From a virus: 64,000 nt of DNA. A model generated the notes under the pieces. It was not told the DNA's origin. It made no database searches and was given only the letters and a program-made list of their open reading frames with translations. The position numbers were made by a program, and so were the translations under genes. The DNA is taken from IMG/VR virus record IMGVR_UViG_3300024509_000014, positions 1 through 64,000 of that record. The stretch is one strand, 5' to 3'. Shown in pieces: positions 56,598 to 64,000 of this stretch; positions within the stretch are counted from its first letter, which is position 1; each line of letters opens with the position of its first letter.

Positions 56598-57208
56598 TAG
56601 ATGTCCCCTATGTAACCATGCGTGATCAAATCAACAGAATTGGTATCCACGCCTGTGCCTGCCGTGATCATGTCCAGCGACCCTGTCGATCCCACGGGAC
56701 CAACCAAATACAATACGCAGCCAGCACTGGCCTCCTGGGCATATCCGGTGATAGTGAGCGGCAACGTGGAAAAGGTTTCGGGCGTGCGCCAAACCACGAG
56801 ATTCAGCCCGGTTCCGAAGACCGGAGCTTCCAGAATCAGCGGCAATGCGTTCTCCACCAACTCGGTGGCGCTGTTGACTGTCAGCAAAGGCAACGAACTG
56901 GAAAGGTTTTTGTTCGCCCCCTCTACAAACAGGTTCATGTTCTGTTGGATATCAGATTTATTACACAATATATATAAATTTAGCCCTTTGCCATAAGTTT
57001 TACCACTGATAATCAGGGGTAAGGTGTTGGCAACGCCAGAAAACACGCCGAGGGTGTGGAGGGGAAGAGAATCCCCACCCGAAGGTATTTCGGCAACCTT
57101 GAGGAACAGGTTGAGCGGTTCCCAGGAGAGAGACTCGCCCCCGAACCCGAGGACTAATCCCCCGGGTGTGGCCAGTATGTCCCCCAGCCTGCCCGTGAAG
57201 ACACTCAT
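56597..57208 (-). CDS. tail-associated protein with short internal repeats
   Basis: Repeated LPL/LNL-x-x-x-G units; TAATG coupling. Confidence 0.6.
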   Translation of the reverse strand: MSVFTGRLGDILATPGGLVLGFGGESLSWEPLNLFLKVAEIPSGGDSLPLHTLGVFSGVANTLPLIISGKTYGKGLNLYILCNKSDIQQNMNLFVEGANKNLSSSLPLLTVNSATELVENALPLILEAPVFGTGLNLVVWRTPETFSTLPLTITGYAQEASAGCVLYLVGPVGSTGSLDMITAGTGVDTNSVDLITHGYIGDI

Positions 57209-60200
57209 TACTGCGCCCTCTGCTCAACCGGCTGGCTATCCCGGATTGCCTGGGCGATCATCGGCCCGATAGCCTCGGTGACCGCCTTGACGATGGAATC
57301 CTGACCCATCAGGTTGACCGAGATGTCGTTCGCCCCGGACAGTTCGATCTGGCCTGGAATCTTGCCAACCGCCTCGTCGAACTTGTCCACAAAGGTGCCG
57401 AAATTAGCCACGGCCCCGTTAAAGGTACTAACCGAGGTGGAGAAGCCGGACAACCCCTGGCTGATCTGGGTGGCGGCTTGGTTGAAGCGGGCGGCGACGT
57501 CCAGAAGGTCAGGTCCGCCCTGTGCCATTCCTCCGTTGGCGAACCCTTGAATGCCGCCCACTACGCCACCGTTAGCAAACTTCTGGACCTGCCTTTTGGG
57601 GACAACCAGTTCGCCAGGTTCCAGCATGGCTGGCACAATATCTCCGGAACCGACGCCGGGAACAATGCCGCCGGAGGCGCGCTTGATTGCAACCCCAAGG
57701 TCCTCTCCTCGTATTTTCCTGCGCAGTTCGTCAGCAGCCACGTCATTGGAGGCCAGTTTTGCCTCGAACGCCTGCCTGCTCTTGGCTTTTTCCTCATAGA
57801 AAGCCCGCATCTTCTGTTCTTGGGCTTCCTGCTCCTTCCTCTCCCGCTCGGCCTTGCGCTTGACGCCGCCTGGATCGCGAATGTCCTCGATACCCTCTTG
57901 CACATGCCATTGGGCAATCTTGTTGTTCTCTGCGTCCTTCTTTTGTTGGGCGCGGTATTCGTCCATGACTCGTTGAGCTTCGGCTTGTTCCTGGGCTTTG
58001 ACTTGTCCTGGGTTCTTTAGTTTGTTGATTTCTTCGAGGAAACGCGGATCTCCGGTCTTCAGGTAGTTCTCCTGGGCGGTGTCCAGCATCTTCTTGAGAT
58101 GGTCGGCCCTGGCAGCTTCCGGATTGGGGGCGGGACGATCCTGTTCCCTAGCCTTGACCCTGGCGTTATGAGCAGCAACCGCTTCGGGTCCGCTCAGCTG
58201 CTTGCCGCGACGAATCTCCACGCCGATATTGTGTTGCTCAACAGCTTCTGGGCCGTTTTTGGGAATTTTTCCGGTGGCGCGCATCCGTTCGTTGTGAGCC
58301 GCGACATCGGCGCGTTTCTTTTCCCACTCTTTTGCGATCAGGTCATTGTTGGCTGGTCCCTTCGGCTGATTGTTTCCGGCCATTGCCGCCCGCAGAGCCT
58401 GTGGAGGTATCATTCTGGCCGCAAAAGAATACTCTTCGTATTTTTCTTTGGCTGCTAGGCGCTCCTTGTAGGACTTCTTCTTGTCTGACATTTCGGCGCG
58501 GAAGCTGTTGACCAGGGCGAAGAATTCCTTGGGGGAATTCTGGAAAAGTGCGAGAGCCTCCTCGGCGCTGCTTCTGCGTTTTTCAGCATCCATCTGGGCA
58601 ATCACCGGATTGCTCAGTTGGGCGTAGAGTTCGCGTAGTCTGGCGACATTTTCCTTGGTCCTGGCGCGTGGGTTGCGCATCTGGTTGCGAAGCTGATAGA
58701 ACTCCGCTTTCGCGCCCAGGATATCAAGGTCCTTATTGGCGGCCATCAGGTTGCCCGCCATGATTTGCTCAAGCTCGGCGGCAGCGTTGCCTTCATTCTG
58801 ACCAGGCATCTTGACGGCGCCTGCATTGCCGTTGGCCCCCTGACCCATGGCCATGCCCATCAGCGGGTTGTTGATCGGCATACCAACCTGGGCGGGCGGC
58901 ATTTGGACGTTGACGCCTGGCATCATGCCGGGCATCATGTTTTGCGCGGCACCCCAACGCGCCCCACCGGCTTGCACCAGACGGAATGTGCCGTCCCCGT
59001 TGGGGATCATCTGCCAGTTGGGATCGTTGAATGCTGGAGGCTTTGGAACCCCGAAGCCATTGGCCGCAGCTGCCCGCGCATTAGCGTCTGCTTTGACGCC
59101 ACCTGGCGTGCCCCTTTCAAAGCCTGGCAATTTGCCGTTCTTGTTGATGTAATCGAGATTGCCAACGCCTATCTTGGAAGCTTCTTCCGGAGTGTAGATG
59201 TGTTCGCCGGGCATGACCATGGCCGGGACCACGCCACCCTTGGCCAGGTGTGGCAACGAGGCCAGGGTGTTCGCGCCCAGACTTTGCACCGAGGACTTCC
59301 GGATGACATAACTGCCGACCGGGAGATTAGTGCGAACGGAGTCGGTGTTGCCGACGCCCGGGACCAGACCGCCCGTGGCAAATTTCATCCCGCCCGCTTC
59401 TTCCATGCCGAATTCGGCCGGGGCAACCGGCGCTTGTTCCGCGCCCACCTTGGCGCCCGGAGTGATCGGTCTGTCCTTGAACACCTTGGCCACGCTGGGG
59501 AAGGTGGTCGGTTTGCCAAGTAGACCCAGGATCATGCTGAGCAAGGCCGCTTCTTCAGCGTATGTTTTAGCTCCTTTTTCTTCCGCGTCGGACATACGGG
59601 CCTGGATCAGCGCCGGATTGGCAATCAGGAAGCGGCCAAACCTGTCGAGCTTGATGCGCTCCTCTTTGTCTTGAATCCTTTCTAGGGCATAAGATTGAGC
59701 GATCCTCTCTTGGTTCATCAGATAGAGAGTTTTTTCACCTTCGTTAAAAGTGTTTGGGTCCCTTTTTAGGAGATCGGCCTTAAAGCTTGCTTCTCTCATT
59801 AGGTGACGCAAGTAGGCACGTTGAATCACCGGCATGTTCGGTTCTTGTTCGCGGTATTTCTCTAGCTCTTCAGCTGAAATATTGGACGTGTCTGTTAGGT
59901 CCAGACCCATGCTTTTAATCAAATCCAGCTCACCGGGCTTGTATTTGCCGGTTTCAATCCGACTCATAGCGTCGTTAAGTATTTTGGTCTGCAACGCCGG
60001 ATTGACTTTGTTGAAGAGTTCTGCTTCTTTGGCCAGTCCCTGCTGTTTCACCAGACCAACCATGGTCTTCGCGTCTATTGCTTCCGGTTTGACGCTCGAC
60101 ACCATTTCCGCCAGACGCTTTTCCGGCGTGACAAAAGCATTTCGGCGATTGTCCGCAGATACCTTTGCTGTACCAAAATTGGCCATCAGCCCAGGGAATT

Positions 60201-63200
60201 GTTTGTTGTCCTCCTTCAGTTTGGCGATCGTCTGGTCGATGGCCTCCAGGATGGCCTGGTCGAAATCGGGAGCTTTGATCTCATCGAACTTGCGTCGGCT
60301 TCTGAGGACCGACTCGACATTCTTGCGCAGATCCTCGGCGGACCTGATCTTGGCCGACACCTCACCAACCATCAACGCGTAGATTTCCTTGGTGTACTCC
60401 TCAGGCCCCTGGGGATAATTCTGTTCGGACAGTTCCTGGTTGGCCTTTTCGCGCAGCGCATTCTTGCCTGTGTACAGTCCTTCGATGACAGAGATCGGAT
60501 GGTTTTTCCGGATCATCCGCAGCGACTTGTCTTTTTCCATTTGTTTGTCGGTATAATTCCACTCTCCCAGTGTTTCAAGACCGCGGAAAGCCGGGGACGA
60601 CAAGGCCTGGCGGTACATGAAGTCGTTGATCAGATTCTTGAACTCAATGAGCCGGGGTTCGTTGTTGATCAGATCTTCAATGCTCTCGCCGGCCGAGGCG
60701 GAAAACGCCTTGCTCACATCCTTCGCGGCGGTCCTTTGCGCTTCTTCCTGGGCAGCCAGGCTGTCGACCGTGTCCTTGATGCCGGAGATGATGCTTTCAA
60801 CCTGGAACGGCGGACTGCCAAAGGCCTTGCTGACGGAGGCCTGTCGCAGGGACAGGTGGTACCCGTCCAGTTTTGGCAGAAGATCCGGGAAAACAGGGGC
60901 GTTCTTCTGGTCTTCCTGGGCCTTGATGGCGTCGTCGTAAACCTTTTTCTTTTCCTGGCGAATCTTGATGACCTGCATCAGAGCGTCGAACACCCCGGCC
61001 TGCTGATCGTTCTTGGGCAGCTCCTTGCCGATCATGCCGATCTGCTTGTCGAGGAAAGCTGTCCGCTTCTCCTTGTCCATGCTCTTGATCTGGGACAGGA
61101 ACAGCAGGGTGGCGTTCTTCCGGATCAGCTCTTTGGACTTCTCAAGGTCATCCTTGCTCATGGTCGAATTGGCAAGATTGGAGTCGAATTTGACGCCCTT
61201 GCCAAGATCACCGATGCGGCCAAAGGCCTCGTTTGCCTCGCCTCCCTCGGCAAAGGCCGGCATGCCGGAATTGATCCGCTCCAGGAGGGCCTTGTTCTTT
61301 TGGGCGGCGACGGAAGAAACCACAAACTCGTTCGGTGCGATGCGGGCGTTGACCGTGTCGGAGGAGTGGGGCGTGCTACTGCCCTCCGAACCCCACCCAC
61401 CCTTGTTGAAGAATCTGATCGGACCACCGCCAGCCCGTCGGACAGGAGCCACATCCCCTATGGCCTTGTTCAGGCTGTCCAGCTTGTCTTTGGCTTCCTT
61501 CAGCAACTCGCCCATCTTGGTGAAGCCGACATTCATGCCGTTGACGATGCCGACCGACCTCTCCAGCGATGACAGCGTGACGGTGTCGAAGTCCCTCTGG
61601 GCACCCTGGGCAAGATTCTTGATGATCGAATCGGGCAGGGAGGTGCTGTTGCGCAGGCCCGTTTCAGCCCTGGAGAAATCGTCCCGGGCGGACTTGGTGC
61701 GCTCCCCGATCACGGACGCCGACGCAGCAATCAGGGCCTTCTTCACATCCTCTTCGGCGTTGACGAAGTTCTTGTTGATGCCGCGATCGCGGAAATACTG
61801 ATCCATCTTGACGAGGATGTTGCTGCGGTCCTTCTCGTCGGTGAAGCCGATTTCCTCAAGCTGGGTCTTGATGGCCCCAGCCGCCGTGCCGACGGTCTCC
61901 CGGACACTCATCTCCCCGACCGAACCCGCAAGCTTGCCGGCGAAATTGTCGGCCCCGCCGCGGGCGCGTTCCATCAGCTTGTCGCCGCCCATGATCCTGT
62001 TGCCAGCTTCGAGCATGGCGCCGACATTTGGATTCCTGATGGCTCCGGCGAACATCTTGAACTCGTCGTCGGTCTTGACGCCAAGCTTGCCAAGGATGGA
62101 AGTGTCCCCGACATTCTTCTCCAGGTCCTTGACGCGGGTGATCGCCATCGACCGCTGCGTTTCCAGACCCTGTTTGGCGACGTCTGCCATCGCCTTGGCC
62201 ATATTTTCAAGGAAAGCCTGCTGGTTGCTTTGCAGCTTTGTGAAGAAGTCCCCGAGCAATTGCTCCTGGGTGTCGACTTGAAGTTGCGCTGCCCTGGAGG
62301 CAATATCAAAATTTTGCTGAACAAAGCTGTCGAGCGCCTTTTCCATGGCGGCGGACTGCGGGTCCAGATCGAACGCTCCCCCAAAGGTGCTGTTGAGAAG
62401 CTGGGTGGTCAATTCCTTGACCGAAATACCGCCGAGACCTTGCAGGCGCATCTGCGGCGACAGCGAAGAGAGGGTGCTGAAGATCTGATTCTGGTCGCGC
62501 ACAGAGAACGGCGCGGCGCTGCCCATCTGTGCTGCCTGACTGATCAACGAGAAGGACTTGGCGATTTCCGAGCGACCTTCCAGATTGGAAGTGGCGTAGC
62601 GAAGGCCGAGGCTCTGCCGTCCCTCGCGGTCTGCCTGGATCTTATTCAGTCTATCTTGGGCAACAGCGTTCCTCTCGGTAGTGTCGGTAAGGTTCTTGAG
62701 GGCTTGTCCAAGGTCGGCGGCACGCACCTTCAGTTTGGACATCTCGTTCTGGGCGTCAAACTGCGCTTTGTTGTTGCCGTCCCTGTTGGCGGCGTTGATT
62801 TTCTTCTCTACAGCGGCTATCTGGGCGACGGTCGCACGCAGGGCTTCGTTGATTTTCTCGGGATTCTGGGCGTTGGCGATGTCCTGAGGTTTCCTGAATA
62901 CCGCGTTGCCGCCGAAACCGGTCAGCCTGGCCTGTCGCAAATCCTGCTGGCGCAACGCTAGATCGAACAGGGCTTCTTCGCCGGAGTCGTCGCGGATAGC
63001 GCCTCGGCGCAGCATTGTCTGCACGCGATTCCGTTCGGCGTTGATCTGGGCGCTGTTGGCGCGGTCCATCAGCTCCCCGACAGCGCGGACCCTGGAACCG
63101 AGTTCGCTCAGGTCGTTGGCGAAAATCTTGGCTTTTTCGGCCAGGTTCTGCCCCATGCTGCCGAGGTTTTTTCTCAGGGGTTCGGCGATCGGGGCCAGGA

Positions 63201-64000
63201 GGTCGTTGACGACCGCCCCCATGTCCTCGCCGGTCTTGCGCAGCAGTTTGGTGAAATCCTCCTCGCCAAGCTGCGACTGGATCAGGTTGGTGACGGACGA
63301 GATGGCATTGGCGTCGAGACCCTGGTCCTGGAGTCTCTGTCGCAGCATATCAGCGATCTGTACGGAGAAGTTCTGGCCGACTGCCAGTTCACGCGAAGGT
63401 TGCGACCTGATGGCACTGATGATGCTCGGCAGAATCCTGCCGGTGACGGACACGACCTCGGCTGACTTCTCGACGTCGCCGCCAGCGGCACCGGCCATCG
63501 ATGTGATCGACCTGACAGCCGACATGAACTCGCTGGTGTCGCCCGAGAAGGGGCGCTGCAACGAGTCGGCCAGGCTGGTTCCAGCCGAAACCGACACGGA
63601 ACCGTCCATGATGTCGGTCAGGCTCTTCGTGGCCGAAGCCATCGATGTCAGCCTCTGGGTGGCAAAACTCAGAACCGAACTGAAGTTGTTGAACATGGCG
63701 GCGGCGTTGTTGACGCTGCTTTCCACCGTTTCCTGCTTTTTGCGGGACACCTCGTTCTCTTGGATGCGCTTGAAGGAGTCGAAAAGCTTCTTTTCGAGGG
63801 ACTCGAAGCTCTGGTTGGTGCCGGATGCCACCCGACCCAGCAACGATCCGCCCAGCCCCTGCCTGGACCGGTAGATGGCTTCCTCGAACAACTGACGCCG
63901 GGTGCGCTCATTGTTGATGGCATTGTCGTTGGCGTTGTTTTTGGCCTGCTCCTCGATGATCTTGGTGAGGGCGTCCATCTGGGCCGGGACCTGAGCCGAT
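57208..64000 (-). CDS. tail tape measure protein (5' end outside window)
   Basis: >2256 aa, Ala/Gln/Lys-rich helical; frame stays open to position 64000; repeated FAxGG...DxVPAMLxPGExV motifs typical of tape measure proteins. Confidence 0.85.
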   Translation of the reverse strand, partial: SAQVPAQMDALTKIIEEQAKNNANDNAINNERTRRQLFEEAIYRSRQGLGGSLLGRVASGTNQSFESLEKKLFDSFKRIQENEVSRKKQETVESSVNNAAAMFNNFSSVLSFATQRLTSMASATKSLTDIMDGSVSVSAGTSLADSLQRPFSGDTSEFMSAVRSITSMAGAAGGDVEKSAEVVSVTGRILPSIISAIRSQPSRELAVGQNFSVQIADMLRQRLQDQGLDANAISSVTNLIQSQLGEEDFTKLLRKTGEDMGAVVNDLLAPIAEPLRKNLGSMGQNLAEKAKIFANDLSELGSRVRAVGELMDRANSAQINAERNRVQTMLRRGAIRDDSGEEALFDLALRQQDLRQARLTGFGGNAVFRKPQDIANAQNPEKINEALRATVAQIAAVEKKINAANRDGNNKAQFDAQNEMSKLKVRAADLGQALKNLTDTTERNAVAQDRLNKIQADREGRQSLGLRYATSNLEGRSEIAKSFSLISQAAQMGSAAPFSVRDQNQIFSTLSSLSPQMRLQGLGGISVKELTTQLLNSTFGGAFDLDPQSAAMEKALDSFVQQNFDIASRAAQLQVDTQEQLLGDFFTKLQSNQQAFLENMAKAMADVAKQGLETQRSMAITRVKDLEKNVGDTSILGKLGVKTDDEFKMFAGAIRNPNVGAMLEAGNRIMGGDKLMERARGGADNFAGKLAGSVGEMSVRETVGTAAGAIKTQLEEIGFTDEKDRSNILVKMDQYFRDRGINKNFVNAEEDVKKALIAASASVIGERTKSARDDFSRAETGLRNSTSLPDSIIKNLAQGAQRDFDTVTLSSLERSVGIVNGMNVGFTKMGELLKEAKDKLDSLNKAIGDVAPVRRAGGGPIRFFNKGGWGSEGSSTPHSSDTVNARIAPNEFVVSSVAAQKNKALLERINSGMPAFAEGGEANEAFGRIGDLGKGVKFDSNLANSTMSKDDLEKSKELIRKNATLLFLSQIKSMDKEKRTAFLDKQIGMIGKELPKNDQQAGVFDALMQVIKIRQEKKKVYDDAIKAQEDQKNAPVFPDLLPKLDGYHLSLRQASVSKAFGSPPFQVESIISGIKDTVDSLAAQEEAQRTAAKDVSKAFSASAGESIEDLINNEPRLIEFKNLINDFMYRQALSSPAFRGLETLGEWNYTDKQMEKDKSLRMIRKNHPISVIEGLYTGKNALREKANQELSEQNYPQGPEEYTKEIYALMVGEVSAKIRSAEDLRKNVESVLRSRRKFDEIKAPDFDQAILEAIDQTIAKLKEDNKQFPGLMANFGTAKVSADNRRNAFVTPEKRLAEMVSSVKPEAIDAKTMVGLVKQQGLAKEAELFNKVNPALQTKILNDAMSRIETGKYKPGELDLIKSMGLDLTDTSNISAEELEKYREQEPNMPVIQRAYLRHLMREASFKADLLKRDPNTFNEGEKTLYLMNQERIAQSYALERIQDKEERIKLDRFGRFLIANPALIQARMSDAEEKGAKTYAEEAALLSMILGLLGKPTTFPSVAKVFKDRPITPGAKVGAEQAPVAPAEFGMEEAGGMKFATGGLVPGVGNTDSVRTNLPVGSYVIRKSSVQSLGANTLASLPHLAKGGVVPAMVMPGEHIYTPEEASKIGVGNLDYINKNGKLPGFERGTPGGVKADANARAAAANGFGVPKPPAFNDPNWQMIPNGDGTFRLVQAGGARWGAAQNMMPGMMPGVNVQMPPAQVGMPINNPLMGMAMGQGANGNAGAVKMPGQNEGNAAAELEQIMAGNLMAANKDLDILGAKAEFYQLRNQMRNPRARTKENVARLRELYAQLSNPVIAQMDAEKRRSSAEEALALFQNSPKEFFALVNSFRAEMSDKKKSYKERLAAKEKYEEYSFAARMIPPQALRAAMAGNNQPKGPANNDLIAKEWEKKRADVAAHNERMRATGKIPKNGPEAVEQHNIGVEIRRGKQLSGPEAVAAHNARVKAREQDRPAPNPEAARADHLKKMLDTAQENYLKTGDPRFLEEINKLKNPGQVKAQEQAEAQRVMDEYRAQQKKDAENNKIAQWHVQEGIEDIRDPGGVKRKAERERKEQEAQEQKMRAFYEEKAKSRQAFEAKLASNDVAADELRRKIRGEDLGVAIKRASGGIVPGVGSGDIVPAMLEPGELVVPKRQVQKFANGGVVGGIQGFANGGMAQGGPDLLDVAARFNQAATQISQGLSGFSTSVSTFNGAVANFGTFVDKFDEAVGKIPGQIELSGANDISVNLMGQDSIVKAVTEAIGPMIAQAIRDSQPVEQRAQ

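Noticed and set aside
60199-63874. Long + strand ORFs (457, 262, 243 and 322 aa)
   Set aside because: Antisense shadows of the GC-rich tape measure gene
1-64000. Stop-codon reassignment as seen in some large phages
   Set aside because: Conserved genes are full length in code 11, and TAA, TAG and TGA all end genes at sensible positions
1-64000. tRNA, rRNA, CRISPR array, reverse transcriptase/DGR, integrase or IS
   Set aside because: No cloverleaf/T-loop signature in the few short intergenic gaps, no repeat-spacer pattern and no YxDD RT, integrase or transposase motif noticed by eye; not confirmed by software

Overview
This window looks like an internal 64-kb segment of a large (jumbo-type) dsDNA tailed phage genome. 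It is densely coding, reads in the standard genetic code, and I found no rRNA, tRNA or CRISPR array. Positions 1-48400 are read almost entirely on the + strand. They contain a DUF932-like gene, a ferritin/Dps-like gene, two glycosyltransferases (GTs), ThyX, a phage sigma factor and a putative lysis/envelope block with a papain-like protease. These are followed by two paralogous fibre-like proteins (one carrying mucin-like poly-Thr tracts) and a compact class II ribonucleotide reductase. Next is a replication/recombination block: RecA/UvsX with a class 3 intein in its P-loop, DnaB, DnaG, dNMP kinase, a Cas4-like nuclease, MazG-like and NT5C-like enzymes, a DnaE split into two genes around a DEDDh exonuclease, and SSB. 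An ~11-kb glycan cluster follows, with GT4s, a GT2, a nucleotidyltransferase, several degenerate sugar enzymes, PhoH and an ATE1/Bpt-like aminoacyl-tRNA-protein transferase. Positions 48460-64000 are read on the - strand and form a virion/tail module: a tape measure protein cut by the window edge, tail proteins and Cys-rich proteins, ending in a GT with polypeptide GalNAc-transferase-like motifs. The most interesting hypothesis is a phage-encoded mucin-type protein O-glycosylation system (initiating GT, poly-Thr virion substrate, elongating GTs). All calls come from reading motifs by eye; no database searches were run. A Planctomycetota-like host is only an inference.
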